From Thermodesulfobacteriota bacterium (lineage in GTDB: Bacteria; Desulfobacterota; Desulfarculia; JACQYL01): DNA of 64,000 bases. Positions 37,903 to 49,394 of this stretch are shown here, in pieces. Position 1 is the first letter of the stretch; each line of letters opens with the position of its first letter. Location: assembly GCA_963675595.2 (NCBI GenBank), contig CAXXLZ010000002.1, positions 1,088,001-1,152,000 of the forward strand, in the 5' to 3' direction. The notes beneath the pieces were generated by a model. That model saw nothing but the letters and a program-made list of their open reading frames with translations. It had not been told where the DNA came from and searched no databases. The translations under genes were made by a program, and so were the position numbers.

Positions 37903-38766
37903 TCAAGTCACCGTCCTCTTGACGGCATCCAGGAGCTTTTCGCGGCTTACCGGTTTCACCAGGTACCCGGATACTTTCAACGTCTTCGCGTGGACCACCT
38001 CATCCGTGCGTGAAGACGAAGTGAGCAGGATGAACTTGGCTTCCGGGGCTCGTTTCCGGATCGTCGTGATGGCATCGAAACCTCCCATCTTGGGCATATT
38101 CAAGTCCATCACAGTGACATGGGGTGCAAAGGACTTGTGCAATTTCGCGGCCTGAAGACCGTCCTGCGCGTCTTCCACTTCGAAACCCGCTTCCTCCAAA
38201 TTGCCACGCACCATGTTTCGAATCACTTTGGAGTCGTCGACCACCAGCACGCGCTTCTTTTCATTGTGCTCTCCGCAGGGTTCATTAAATGAGACCTGAA
38301 ATACAACCTGCGAAAAGGCGAGTTGAAGGATAATCTGGTAGGTTTCGAACTTGAAGCCGACGGTTTGCGACAGCTGGGCTTCCTGTAACGGGGAGGGCGG
38401 ACCGAACAAAACAGGCATACCCATGCGATCCCAGGTTGAGATGGTGCGGCCGACCACCGTGTTCACAAATTCACCAAGAACATCCAATGCCGTCTCGTCA
38501 AGCGAGTCCAATGCCGGCAAGCCCATGTTTTTCGCTACCGAAGACGCCACGGACAGAGCCATCTTCTCGTCGGGGAATCCAAGGATGAAATGCCCCCTGA
38601 TGTTGGGATCATCTCTATGTTCATAACTTATCACCTGCGCCACTGGGAAACTGCTCGTGCGGAACTCCTCCTTATCCACCTTGGAGGACCGGATACCGAT
38701 ACCGGTCATTTCCGAAAAGATGGTCTTGGCACATACCCCCATGATTTCAACATATTTAGTGTACAT
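37903..38766 (-). CDS. CheX/CheC-like domain fused to a receiver domain
   Basis: DVLGEFVNTVVG (ExxN) motif; C-terminal REC (VVDDS, DLNMP, VKP). Confidence 0.85.
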   Translation of the reverse strand: MYTKYVEIMGVCAKTIFSEMTGIGIRSSKVDKEEFRTSSFPVAQVISYEHRDDPNIRGHFILGFPDEKMALSVASSVAKNMGLPALDSLDETALDVLGEFVNTVVGRTISTWDRMGMPVLFGPPSPLQEAQLSQTVGFKFETYQIILQLAFSQVVFQVSFNEPCGEHNEKKRVLVVDDSKVIRNMVRGNLEEAGFEVEDAQDGLQAAKLHKSFAPHVTVMDLNMPKMGGFDAITTIRKRAPEAKFILLTSSSRTDEVVHAKTLKVSGYLVKPVSREKLLDAVKRTVT

Positions 38767-39500
38767 GTATACGCCTCCCGCGGGCCTGCCCTACCGAGCC
38801 GCCGGTCCACCTGAAAATCTTGACAAAAAGAACTCCGGAATCTGTTGTATCCTTATTTCCCACTAGCTTGACCGGCTATTGGAACCATGCCGGTCGCGAC
38901 GAGCGCCCTCCGCGTCGAATCCGATTGATGTTCGGGGTATGACAACATAATGGTTATACATAATAATCTCAATCAAAGACCGCATGCAGCCTTTTCTTGG
39001 GCATGAAGGAAATTATGCATTGAAGACGGCGGTTGGTGGACAAACGATCCGGAAGGACCGCCTGATCATTCGGGGTCGCGCGTGGATGGAACTACCTGAT
39101 GATCCGGCTGAACATCCGTATCAAGGGTCGTTCCGCATCCCGTCGTCTTCTGCAGCTTCCGAGGATTCAGCGTCCATTCGGTTCCCACGGATGATGCGGA
39201 GGGCAAATAGGATCATCCGGCAAATGCCGGGACCCGGTCACCAATCAGACGGTTATTTCCACAGGCTTATCCCTCTCAAGGTTCGGAAGCCCGAATCATG
39301 CATCTACTCGCTCCGACAGAAACCCGGCAAGCTTTTTTTGCCCGCTCTCAGGGCACATACGTTGGCTTGAACGCTTGAAAGGCACATAATGCGGCCCCAA
39401 AACCTCACCGACGGCACATCCAAACGTGGTTGGAGCCTTTTTCACCGAAAAGTACCTCGCCTGACGGAACCATGCAAACCATTGATCAGGTCACGCCCCC

Positions 39501-39791
39501 TCAATCTCGCCGCCCGAATACCGCTCGGCACTGGTGCCGCAAAAGGAACGCCGAGGCAATTTGCGCCTGCCGATAAAGGGCGTGGTAGCCAATCCTTGCT
39601 CCGGCTTTGGTCAATCACATGATAATCTATTCCATGGAGTGGTGCCCGTCCCCGCCCCAAAAACAGGAACGGCGGATCAGATGAAACAGGTTGTGTGCAC
39701 GAAAACCCATCTTCAGCCTGGCTTCATTGGCCGCAGAGCGACTGCAACTCGTCTTCTCCCGTCGCAGTGTGTGCTTACCCTCCTAAATATC
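39501..39791 (-). pseudogene. Degraded 3' fragment of an IS1380-family transposase
   Basis: Manual translation DI*EGKHTLRREKTSCSRSAANEARLKMGFRAHNLFHLIR, frameshift, then SME*IIM*LTKAGARIGYHA...IASAF; matches the IS1380 C-terminal IKEGK..L..SC..F.AN.ARL pattern. Confidence 0.7.
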
Positions 39792-39968
39792 GAAGGAAGT
39801 GGAAGGACCGGCCAAGGACTCGACGGCTCGGTCGGAAACCGGAATCCAAAGCGCGCCCGCCAAAGCGTAAATCAGGGCTATGCACAGAGCCACGGTCCGA
39901 CGTGGCGGCTTTCCGCGGGTTTCGTGAGGGCGTTCGTGGTCTTCCAGGCAGGACATGGGGGGCTTCAC
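39783..39968 (-). pseudogene. Truncated N-terminus of a membrane sensor gene, running into the IS relic
   Basis: IALIYALAGALWIPVSDR motif typical of sensor N-termini; ORF stops inside the transposase fragment. Confidence 0.55.
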
Positions 39969-40118
39969 CCCCGATGGATATTTGGAGTGAATTATTACGT
40001 CAATGCGTTATCGAACACAAAAATGGAAAGACCGGTTTCAATGCGGTCGCCGCAGGGAACCGGTCCTACCTCGGTCGGAGTCCGCACGGAGGAGTTTGCG
40101 GAAGGTAGTGATTCTCAT

Positions 40119-41249
40119 TCAGCTGCATTCGAAAATATGAACCAGTTCGTTCACCGCCATGGTGGGCGACATTTCCCCTTCCAGAACGGCACTCTCAACA
40201 GTGTGCTTATTTTTCTTGATCCCCGCATGATTAAAGAAGCTGGACTTCAAATACTCCTGTACCATGCTGTAGACCCATTCCAGCAGTTGCGATCTCCGTC
40301 GTGCGTCGAACCGGCCGGACTGCATGGTGACCTTTCGGAATTCCTCAATAACCGACCAGATTTCCGCGATACCCACTCCCGTCAATGCCGAACAGGTATA
40401 GGCCTCGGTCCTCCATCCCTCGGTGGCCGGTTGCAGGTAGGGTAGAATACGGGAATATTCCAAGCGGGCGGTTTCCGCCCTGATCTTATTGTCACCGTCC
40501 GCTTTGTTCACCAGGATGGCGTCGGTCAACTCCATGATCCCCTTCTTCAAACCCTGCAACTCGTCTCCGGCTCCCGCGATCACAATCAGCAGGAAGAAAT
40601 CCACCATGGATCGGACCGTGGTCTCACTCTGTCCCACCCCCACGGTTTCCACCAGGACCACGTCGTAACCGGCGGCTTCGCAAACCAATACCGTCTCACG
40701 GCTCTTTCTGGCCACACCCCCTAGCACGCCGCCGGACGGTGAAGGTCGGATGAACGCATTGGGATGTCTGGAAAGCTTCTCCATGCGGGTCTTGTCCCCC
40801 AGGATGCTCCCTCGGGTCACGGTGCTGCTGGGGTCCACGGCCAGTACCGCCACTCTGTGGTCCTGATCGCACAAATGCGTCCCCAAGGCCTCGATGAAAG
40901 TGCTTTTCCCAGCGCCGGGAAAACCGGTGATTCCCACACGCATGGATCTGCCCGTCTCGGGGAGGAGGGCTTTCAGCATCTCCTGCGCTTGTTCCATATA
41001 AGCCGGAGAATTGCTTTCAACCAAGGTAATGGCCCTGCCCAGGACGGTTCGATTTCCTTCAAGCACTCCGTTCACATAATCATCTACGGACAGTTTCTTC
41101 CGCCGAGGGCCGGACGCGGGTTTAACCGGCCGGCACACTTTGGACGTCATACCGTCGTGACCGCCCATGACTCCGGCCATGACATGCGTGGTGAACTCTT
41201 CCCCGGCGTTCCCGGGTGTCCATTCAGGTCGCTTCTTGTTATCGGTCAT
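40119..41249 (-). CDS. meaB: Methylmalonyl-CoA mutase-associated GTPase
   Basis: GITGFPGAGKST, VDPSS..RGSILGDKTRM, VETVGVGQSE, NKADG. Confidence 0.95.
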   Translation of the reverse strand: MTDNKKRPEWTPGNAGEEFTTHVMAGVMGGHDGMTSKVCRPVKPASGPRRKKLSVDDYVNGVLEGNRTVLGRAITLVESNSPAYMEQAQEMLKALLPETGRSMRVGITGFPGAGKSTFIEALGTHLCDQDHRVAVLAVDPSSTVTRGSILGDKTRMEKLSRHPNAFIRPSPSGGVLGGVARKSRETVLVCEAAGYDVVLVETVGVGQSETTVRSMVDFFLLIVIAGAGDELQGLKKGIMELTDAILVNKADGDNKIRAETARLEYSRILPYLQPATEGWRTEAYTCSALTGVGIAEIWSVIEEFRKVTMQSGRFDARRRSQLLEWVYSMVQEYLKSSFFNHAGIKKNKHTVESAVLEGEMSPTMAVNELVHIFECS

Positions 41250-41296
41250 GCCCTTTTTCCATCCTTGGTCCACTGCCCCGGGAGTTTCTCCCACAA

Positions 41297-41340
41297 GAGG
41301 CCCTCAGGCGGAACGCTCGTGCCCCGCCCGTGAGGGCCTC
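41297..41340. other. Intergenic hairpin between mutB and meaB
   Basis: GAGGCCCTCA-GGCGG...CCGCC-CG-TGAGGGCCTC inverted repeat with no U tract. Confidence 0.5.
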
Positions 41341-41396
41341 TCGATTTGACGGTTACTGTTGCATCAAGTCGGTTTTGGATCGTGTTTCGACCCGCG

Positions 41397-43577
41397 TCAC
41401 TCGTCGCCGATACGACGGTTCATTTCGTCGAGGACTTTGTGAGCGGCCACTGGAATCACGGTACCCGGTCCAAAAATCAGGGTTGCGCCGTGCTCCCTCA
41501 GGAAATCGTAGTCCTGAGCGGGAACCACGCCGCCCACGATGACGATGATGTCCTCACGGTCCAACTTCTTGAGTTCCTCCATCAGCATGGGCAAAAGAGT
41601 CTTGTGCCCACCGCCCAACGAACTCATGCCGATGACGTGCACGTCGTTTTCCGCCGCTTGAGCCGCGGCTTCCGCCGGAGTCTGGAACAAGGGGCCCACG
41701 TCAACGTCGAATCCCATGTCCGCAAACGCCGTGCTGATTACTTTGGCCCCGCGGTCATGGCCGTCTTGTCCGAGCTTGGCCACCATGATCCTGGGCCGGC
41801 GGCCTTCCTTGGTCTCGAATTCATCGGCCATTTGGCGAACCACGTCGATCTCGTGCTCGTCGGCAAACTCGGCGCTGTAGACTCCGGACACCGAACGAAT
41901 CAAAGCTACGTGACGCCCCGCCACCTTTTCGATGGCCGTGGAGATCTCTCCCAGGCTGGCCCGCGCTTTCGCCGCTTCCACCGCCAGTTCCAGCAGGTTT
42001 CCCTCACCGGTTTCCGTGGCTTTGGTGATGGCGTCCAGAATTTGGCTCACCTTGGTTTCATCCCTTTCCCCGCGCAGTCTCTCCAATCGCTTGAGTTGCG
42101 CCTCCCGAACCGCCGTGTTGTCCACTTCGAGAATCTCGATGGGGTCTTCACTTTCGGGACGATATTTGTTCACACCGATGATGGCCTCCTTTTTGGAATC
42201 GATGCGGGCTTGACGCCGAGCCGCCGCTTCCTCGATACGCATCTTCGGAAGTCCCGTCTCAATCGCCTTGGCCATGCCGCCCAGCGACTCGATCTCTTGG
42301 ATGTGGCCCCAGGCCTTTCGAGCGATCTCCGCGGTCAAGGCCTCCACATAGTAGGAACCCGCCCACGGATCCGCCACCTTGCAGATGTACGTTTCGTCCT
42401 GGAGGAAAAGCTGGGTGTTCCGGGCGATACGGGCGGAAAAGTCCGTCGGCAGAGCAATGGCCTCATCCAAAGCGTTGGTGTGCAGCGACTGGGTGTGCCC
42501 CAGAGACGCCGCCATGGCTTCGATGCAGGTACGGGCCACATTGTTGAACGGATCCTGCTCCGTCAAACTCCACCCGGAAGTCTGAGAGTGCGTTCTGAGA
42601 GCCATGGACTTGGGGTTCTTGGGGTTGAACTGCTTGATGATCTTGGACCAGATGAGCCGGCCGGCCCTCAGCTTGGCCACTTCCATGAAGAAGTTCATGC
42701 CTTCGCCCCAGAAGAAAGACAATCGAGGCGCGAAAGTATCTACATCCATCCCCGCGTTCACTCCGGTCCTGACGTATTCAAGACCGTCCGCCAAGGTGTA
42801 TCCGAGCTCCAGGTCCGACGTGGCGCCCGCTTCCATCATATGATAGCCCGAAATACTGATGCTGTTGTACTTGGGCATGTTCTTGCTGGTGTATTTGAAA
42901 ATATCCGCAATGATGCGCATGGAGGTATCCGGAGGATAGATGTAGGTGTTGCGCACCATGTACTCTTTGAGAATATCGTTTTGGATCGTACCGTTAAGCT
43001 GGGGAAGTTGGACTCCCTGTTCCTCCGCCGCCACGATGTAAAAAGCCATTACGGGAAGCACCGCACCGTTCATCGTCATGGATACGGACATCTCGTCCAG
43101 CGGAATGGCGTCGAAAAGAATCTTCATGTCCAAAATGGAGTCTACGGCCACGCCGGCCTTGCCCACATCGCTGACCACACGCTCATGATCCGAATCATAC
43201 CCTCGGTGAGTCGCCAGATCGAAGGCCACCGAAAGCCCCTTCTGACCGGCGGCCAAGTTGCGGCGATAGAACGCGTTGCTCTCTTCCGCCGTGGAAAAAC
43301 CGGCGTATTGGCGCACGGTCCAGGGCCGCGTCACATACATCGTGGGGTACGGGCCTCCCAGATACGGCGGGATGCCTGCCACGAAGCCCAAGTGCTCCAG
43401 ATGCTTCGTGTCCTCTTCCGTGTAAAGGGGTCTCACTTCTATCTGTTCGTTGGTCATCCACGAAGTCTCGACGGCCTCCCGGGCGACTTCCTCGAACGTC
43501 TTCCGCCACTGAGCTAGGTTCACGTTCCCCTTGCGGGGCTGATAAGACAGGGATGTGAAATCCGGTGAATTACCCAT
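41397..43577 (-). CDS. scpA: Methylmalonyl-CoA mutase, catalytic subunit
   Basis: [26 protein letters not shown]12-binding motif. Confidence 0.97.
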   Translation of the reverse strand: MGNSPDFTSLSYQPRKGNVNLAQWRKTFEEVAREAVETSWMTNEQIEVRPLYTEEDTKHLEHLGFVAGIPPYLGGPYPTMYVTRPWTVRQYAGFSTAEESNAFYRRNLAAGQKGLSVAFDLATHRGYDSDHERVVSDVGKAGVAVDSILDMKILFDAIPLDEMSVSMTMNGAVLPVMAFYIVAAEEQGVQLPQLNGTIQNDILKEYMVRNTYIYPPDTSMRIIADIFKYTSKNMPKYNSISISGYHMMEAGATSDLELGYTLADGLEYVRTGVNAGMDVDTFAPRLSFFWGEGMNFFMEVAKLRAGRLIWSKIIKQFNPKNPKSMALRTHSQTSGWSLTEQDPFNNVARTCIEAMAASLGHTQSLHTNALDEAIALPTDFSARIARNTQLFLQDETYICKVADPWAGSYYVEALTAEIARKAWGHIQEIESLGGMAKAIETGLPKMRIEEAAARRQARIDSKKEAIIGVNKYRPESEDPIEILEVDNTAVREAQLKRLERLRGERDETKVSQILDAITKATETGEGNLLELAVEAAKARASLGEISTAIEKVAGRHVALIRSVSGVYSAEFADEHEIDVVRQMADEFETKEGRRPRIMVAKLGQDGHDRGAKVISTAFADMGFDVDVGPLFQTPAEAAAQAAENDVHVIGMSSLGGGHKTLLPMLMEELKKLDREDIIVIVGGVVPAQDYDFLREHGATLIFGPGTVIPVAAHKVLDEMNRRIGDE

Positions 43578-45759
43578 GGAGTCCTCCAACGGCTTTCTGA
43601 AGATTAGTCAAAACCTGAAGGCAGTTTGAGCGGATGTGAATGTAGTCGTCCATTCCCGCCTCCCGATAGGATTGCTCATACTCCGAAGCGGGCTTGCCCG
43701 CCAATACGACCTTGACCTCCGGCCGAGCCGCCTTGATTTTGCCTGCCAGAGGCGGCACGATGTCGGGGTAGGTCTTGTCCGTGGAACAGATGACCACGAT
43801 ATGCGCACCCGAAGCCAAAGCCGCGTCCGCCGCTTCTTCAACGGACGAATGTCCAAGATTCGAGATCACCTCAAACCCGCCCACTTCGAAGAATCCGGTA
43901 GAGAAGTCGGCCCTGGCCTTATGCTGAGTCACCGGCCCCATATTGGCCAGAAAGACCTTCATGCGGTTCCCGGTCTTCTGCAGGTATTGTTCGGCCCGCG
44001 CCCGGAGCTCCTCAAAAGGCTCCGAGAGGCGATGAATGCGCAAGGGATCCACTGACCAGGCTTTCGATTCCGCAGGCGACATGGCTTGCGTCAAATCGCC
44101 GAGCGTGGCTCCGGCCGGCACGGCCTCCGCGGCCGATTCCACAACCGTCGCCGAGCCCTCACCCACAGACCGCCCCAAGTCGGCCAAGCGCTCCGTCAAC
44201 TGAGCACGATCACCGCGGGAGCGGTACGCCACGATCTCGTCGACTCGAGCCGCCAGAATTCTTTCGTAATCCACCACCGGCTTTTCCAGGGGCTTTTCCA
44301 ACATGTTGGCATACATATTCGTGCCGACCATCACGTCCTTACGCACGGCCAGACTTTCCTGTTTCTTACCCGCGACCGCCCCCAGCGTTTCCTGCGGCAT
44401 GCCCGCCTTCAAGGCCTCCAGCATGCCTCCCCGCGACTCCACGTCCTGGAACAAAGCCCAGGCTTTCTCACCCAAAGCGTCGGTCAGTACCTCCACATAC
44501 CGGGACCCTCCGGCGGGATCAATGGGATGAGTGAAATGACATTCTTCCTGCAGCACGATCTGCAGGTTCCGGGAGACCCTCCTGGAAAACTCATCCGAGT
44601 TTCTTACCGGCTCGTCGAAAGGCACCACCTCGATGCCGGCGGCTCCGCCCATGGCGGCTGAAAACGTCTCGGCGGTGTTCCTGAGCATGTTCACAAAGGG
44701 ATCGCACGCGGTCTTGTTGTAGGATGATGTTCGGGCGTGGATGACCATCTTGCACGCTTCATCGTCCCCGCCGAAGGCCGACACCACTTGGGACCAGATC
44801 GCCCGTGCGGCTCTCAGTTTGGCGATTTCCATGAAGAAATTGGAACCCACGGAAAAAGAGAACTGCATTTTCCGTGCAATGTCCCCGGGCTCAAGCCCTC
44901 GCTTCGTCAGGGCTCTCATGGTCTCCACCGCGGCCGCTGTGGCGAAGCCCAGCTCCTGCACGGAACTGGCGCCCGCATTATGATAGACGCCGGCGTCCAC
45001 AAGAATCGTCCGCAACTTGGGTGCATGGCTCAAACTCCAGGAAACCGCGGCCGCCAGACCGTCATAGGCCGCTTCCGTATCCAGCCCCGCCGAACCCGCC
45101 ATGACCAATTGCGCCACCGGGTCGGCCCCGATGCATCCATGAAGAACTTGGGGAGATGCGCCGCGTTTTCGGAGCATGGCGCAGAACAGCCCCAGAATCG
45201 GAACCACTGCGGTTCCCCCGTCGATCATCAGAGAAAACCGCTCCAGGTCGATATCTTGAAACGCTTTCTCCAAATCTTCCAGCGTGGAAAGGGAGAGTCC
45301 TCCCTTACCCACCTGTCCGGGCGCAGCCTGATCCGGATCCAACCCCAAACGGGTGGGACGGTCCAACACGACGGTCAGGGCCGTCTGCCCTCTTTCCAGA
45401 TCATGCAGCGCGATCCGGTTGAATTCCTCAGGCGTACTTCCCGGGATGCTTTGGCAGATATCCCAAGGTTTGGCGATATATCCCCCGACCTCGGTGCCCC
45501 GGACATAGGGCGGGAACCCCGGGAACGTCCCCATGTGAGCCAAATTCTCCATGTCTTCCGGCCAGTACATGGGTTTAAGTTGAATACCTTCATAAGTCTT
45601 TGTGAGGACCTTCTTCTCGAAAGGCTCTCCTTTGAGGCTGGCTACCGCCTGCTCGTACCATTCATCGTAGCTCGGGAAAGAAAATTCGGGGAAAAGGCGA
45701 TCCCCACCCGCACTATCTGCTGTTTTTGGTTTTTCGGATTGGTCGGACATGGTTGTCAT
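43570..45759 (-). CDS. mutA: Methylmalonyl-CoA mutase, small (beta) subunit
   Basis: Mutase fold lacking DxHxxG; [22 protein letters not shown]; overlaps the catalytic subunit start. Confidence 0.9.
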   Translation of the reverse strand: MTTMSDQSEKPKTADSAGGDRLFPEFSFPSYDEWYEQAVASLKGEPFEKKVLTKTYEGIQLKPMYWPEDMENLAHMGTFPGFPPYVRGTEVGGYIAKPWDICQSIPGSTPEEFNRIALHDLERGQTALTVVLDRPTRLGLDPDQAAPGQVGKGGLSLSTLEDLEKAFQDIDLERFSLMIDGGTAVVPILGLFCAMLRKRGASPQVLHGCIGADPVAQLVMAGSAGLDTEAAYDGLAAAVSWSLSHAPKLRTILVDAGVYHNAGASSVQELGFATAAAVETMRALTKRGLEPGDIARKMQFSFSVGSNFFMEIAKLRAARAIWSQVVSAFGGDDEACKMVIHARTSSYNKTACDPFVNMLRNTAETFSAAMGGAAGIEVVPFDEPVRNSDEFSRRVSRNLQIVLQEECHFTHPIDPAGGSRYVEVLTDALGEKAWALFQDVESRGGMLEALKAGMPQETLGAVAGKKQESLAVRKDVMVGTNMYANMLEKPLEKPVVDYERILAARVDEIVAYRSRGDRAQLTERLADLGRSVGEGSATVVESAAEAVPAGATLGDLTQAMSPAESKAWSVDPLRIHRLSEPFEELRARAEQYLQKTGNRMKVFLANMGPVTQHKARADFSTGFFEVGGFEVISNLGHSSVEEAADAALASGAHIVVICSTDKTYPDIVPPLAGKIKAARPEVKVVLAGKPASEYEQSYREAGMDDYIHIRSNCLQVLTNLQKAVGGLHG

Positions 45760-46326
45760 CTACTCCTTCATTCCAAGAATTTACGCAATATTGCATGCGG
45801 AAAAGAGCATGGACTCGGGCGAGCCGATTCACCTTTGCAGACCATTTCGGAACTTCGACGGAAAACGGGAGGTGGAAAACAGGTCATGATCGACACAACA
45901 AGGCAAAAGAAAGCACCACCACGCCCCCCGATTCCTCCTGTCGGGAACCGGTTCCGATGGCCTTCTTTCGCAATTGGACGGCCAAGACCCGATGTCTCGG
46001 TTCAAAATTTGAACATACATGGGTTATATCCGGAATGCAATGACTAAATCCTTTCTGTGGCTTACTCGGAATTACCTCCAGAAGACACGACTCGGGTATG
46101 GGAATTTCCCCGCACACCCATGGTCCGGTTCCGAAGTATCGCTCTTTGCATCGACCGATCAATACATGCCCGAGCAGTGAATGGAGAATCCAATTCGGTT
46201 GCTTTGTTCAGAATGTGATATACTTTTTACGGATACGATCGCTTTTTGGAAGCCTTCCTTATCAAGTCGGCACCATAGGCGCCCCCGTCAAAAATCCTCG
46301 ACATCGCCTTGAGAAGGGAACGAACC

Positions 46327-46656
46327 ATGTGTTTGAAGTGCGATGCGCCCAACGACCGTTACTTCGTGCAGGACGCGGAAACCGGGTGGTATTTATGTGA
46401 AGAATGCGGATTCGCGGTGGAGACCTTCACACAGGCCGGATACTCCAATGGGATCTACATTTGGGAAATCAACGCCCATTGGCCTGTCTTTGCTTCCTTC
46501 CAAGAACTGATCCGAAAGGTGGTCCGAGAGAGCGAAGTTCTCCTGCCGGCTTGCAGACTCGTTCAGGAGATTCCCTCCCGATTGCTGACCTTTCTTTTCG
46601 AGCTGCTGGCAGCCGACGAAACCGACGAAAACAAGTCCCAAGAGCCGCTTCAATAG
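46327..46656 (+). CDS. Small zinc-ribbon hypothetical protein
   Basis: MCLKC...YLCEECG CxxC pair; AAGGGA RBS. Confidence 0.55.
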   Translation: MCLKCDAPNDRYFVQDAETGWYLCEECGFAVETFTQAGYSNGIYIWEINAHWPVFASFQELIRKVVRESEVLLPACRLVQEIPSRLLTFLFELLAADETDENKSQEPLQ

Positions 46657-47070
46657 ACCCCCGAGCCCTGCGACCCCTCCGCCTATTTTGAAGGGTGACT
46701 TCTCGCCGACCGACTTTACTTCGCTGCCGCCGACAACGTTCCAATCCGTCGAATTCCCTAGAGGAGATGATTCCAAAGCACCCCCTGCCTCGCCGAAATA
46801 CTCTGCTACCGGCCTCTTGAGACGAATCTGAGCTCAGAATCAGCTTTTGCCTTTGGATATCGGGATGTTGAGCTGTTGCAGCCGATGACGATTCCTAGTT
46901 GACAAGACTTTCCACGAGTGATAATAGCCGACCACCCGGCCGGATGAATGCGCTTTTGAAGGAACCCCTTTGTCCGAGGCGGGTTTTCATCCCGGAAACG
47001 GCACGGCCCGCAACCCGAAATCAGGTTTGAAAAACGATGTTTCGGCTTGCGGACCGGCAAAACGACATGA

Positions 47071-47145
47071 AGATGCAGGGCGCGCGAGTTCTGAGAAAAC
47101 GTGGCGTGCGTAGGGAACGCGCGGCGGCGAAGGATCAAGCGCAAT
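47071..47145. repeat. Degenerate repeat family C
   Basis: AGATGCAGGGCGCGC...GCGGCGGCGAAGGATCAAGCGCAA similar to 19907-19966 and 16575-16660. Confidence 0.5.
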
Positions 47146-47305
47146 CCCCGTCCGGAGTGCTCTTTTCTGCGCCTACCCACACGGCTCATCAACAACGACA
47201 TCCACCAACCCGAGGAACAGAGCCGATGTCCCCGGTGAACCCTCCGAACTGATTGACTCGGAAGCGCCGCCCCACGGGCTTCCACCCAACCTACAGGAGC
47301 GACGG

Positions 47306-47728
47306 ATGGCGAGCGAAATCGAACTACCGGAAGGCTATCAACCTTCCTCCGACGAGCCTTACATGAATCCCAAACACCTCGAGTACTTCCGGCGCAGGCT
47401 CCTCCAATGGCGGAGCGACCTGTTGGCCGAATCAGGGGAAACCCTGGAGAGGCTGCAGGAGGGCATTGCAAAGGAAGGAGACGTCGTCGACCTGGGCAGT
47501 CAGGAAACGGATACGGCTCTTGAACTGAGAACCCGTGACCGAGACCGAAAACTGCTGTCCAAAATCGACGAGGCCATGGAAAGGATCGAAGACGGGAGCT
47601 ACGGATTCTGTGAAGAAACGGGAAAACCCATCGGCCTGAAACGCCTTGAAGCCAGGCCCATCGCCACACTCTCCGTAGAAGCCAAAGAGCGCCGAGAGCG
47701 GGCTGAAAAGCAGCGCAGGCTCGGATAG
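47306..47728 (+). CDS. dksA: RNA polymerase-binding factor DksA, one-cysteine type
   Basis: YMN...LEYFR..L, DVVD tip, RDRDRKLLSKIDEA, YGFCEETG.PIGLKRLEARP. Confidence 0.93.
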   Translation: MASEIELPEGYQPSSDEPYMNPKHLEYFRRRLLQWRSDLLAESGETLERLQEGIAKEGDVVDLGSQETDTALELRTRDRDRKLLSKIDEAMERIEDGSYGFCEETGKPIGLKRLEARPIATLSVEAKERRERAEKQRRLG

Positions 47729-47794
47729 CACTCGGGCAAGCCGCTTTTTGCGGTGTCCTTACCTGTCTCGGTCAGGCACGATCGGACCACCAAG

Positions 47795-47827
47795 GCGACC
47801 CTCCGGTTACGGAGGGTCGCTTTTTTT
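47795..47827 (+). terminator. Rho-independent terminator after dksA
   Basis: GCGACCCTCCG-GTTA-CGGAGGGTCGC followed by T7, between convergent genes. Confidence 0.85.
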
Positions 47828-47861
47828 GCCGCGGCAAGCGAAATTCGACGTTCGATTCGCT

Positions 47862-49163
47862 TTACTCTTCTTCCATCTCTTCAAGCTCGACGCCCAGCCG
47901 CTCCCACTGCTCGTCCCGAGCCTTTCGGCCGACCTCGATCTCTTGTTCGCTCCAGGGCTCTATCTCCAAGGCTTCTGAAACCAGCTCCCACAAGTACATG
48001 ACTTCGCACCCGAGGCTGTATTCCTTATCCAGGCTTTTCATGAGCTGGTCTCGGCAATTATGACACGGGGCGATGACCATGTGAGCCCCCGTTTCCTTGA
48101 TCTGTTCCGCCTTCTTCCGACCGTAAAAAATTCTCTCCTCGGAATAAGGCATGGCCCATGCGCCGCCTCCGGCGCCGCAACAAAGGTTGTTCTGTCGGTT
48201 GGTGGTGGTGTCCACGAAATCCGGACAACATTGCTGCAGAATCCACCGAGGTTCCTCGTAATAGCCGTGCCCGAAGGCTTTTTCGGACTTACGTCCGTAG
48301 TTGCACGGATCGTGATAGGTCACCCGTTCCGTGAAGAACTCAGGGTTTACTTTGATACGGCCTGTTTCAAGGTAATGTTTCATCAGATCGTGGACGGACC
48401 ATATCTTGAAATTCTTCATCTCTTCCTTAAACCACTTATTGAGACCTAACCTGGTCGCATAGTAGGCGTGGCCTCATTCGGGTAAAAGGAGGTTGGGGAT
48501 TTTGTAGCGCTGCATGTGCTCCACGATGCGGCCCACGATGGTTTTCATGGACTCGTCGTCGCCGGAGAACAGTCCCCAGTTCACGCCCTCCCAGTTCTCG
48601 CTCGTGGTCGTCCAATCTTCTTTGGCGGCATAGAATATCTTCCACCAAAATTTCATATCGTCGGGTTCGCCGAACGGTTCTTTGGAATTGATGGTTACCA
48701 ATATATTGGCGTTTTCCTTATCCACCGGAACGTAGAATCCCGGACAACATTCATCTTCCATTTCCTGGCCCATCTCGGCCAGCAGGAAGAGAAAGTCGTC
48801 TCTCGGAATACCAAGATTGTTCCCGCGCTCGATGCACATCATGGTACCTTTGTGGATGGGCCCCGGTACCTTGTCCCGTTCCCGCATGCCGCGGGCGGTG
48901 CGCATCATGGCCACAATTTCCACTCCGGCGGGGCAGGCGTACTCGCAACGGCCACAGAGAGTGCACACCCAGGGGAATCGGGAATCCACCAGTTCCTGAT
49001 CCAGACCGAGCGCCGCCATGCGCACCGCCTTTCTGGGGTCCATCCCGTCCACGCCGGTTACCGGGCAGCCGCTGGCGCAGGTCCCGCAGGTAAGGCACAC
49101 ATCGGCCCAAGCGGGATTCACCCTAAGCTTGCCCTTTTCTCGGCTTAGCGTAATTGCTTCCAT
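47862..49163 (-). CDS. HdrD/HmcF-like Fe-S CCG-domain protein with in-frame UGA (codon 230), probable selenoprotein
   Basis: ORFs 48474-49241 and 47862-48419 share a frame; LPE-UGA-GHAYY aligns with TECGH of the paralog at 31793-33070; hairpin follows the UGA. Confidence 0.85.
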
Positions 49164-49394
49164 ACAAAATTTCTCCTCCATCATTTGTTGTGAACCAAAC
49201 CACAACTCCCGGCGATCCGAATCGGCGCCACGCAGGCGCAAACGACGGCGTTCTCCAAGAGTGCTTGCCGATCCTATTTTCTTCCAACATCAATGGTCTC
49301 TTCCGCAAAGAGCCCCACGCCCACTCCGGAGGCTTTCCTCACGGTCGATCCCCTCTCTTCCCCTCGTCGGTTCTCCTGCGGTGAATCCCCGAGT

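Noticed and set aside
41346-43517. Long plus-strand ORFs (also 11102-12760, 29526-31247, 31526-33148, 55887-57425, 58476-60872)
   Set aside because: Antisense shadows of well-supported minus-strand genes in GC-rich DNA; no motifs
45760-46300. Cobalamin riboswitch upstream of the mutase operon
   Set aside because: No B12-box or core consensus recognisable by eye; an Rfam scan would be needed
47037-47252. Leader peptide or riboswitch upstream of dksA
   Set aside because: Better explained as a degenerate family C repeat
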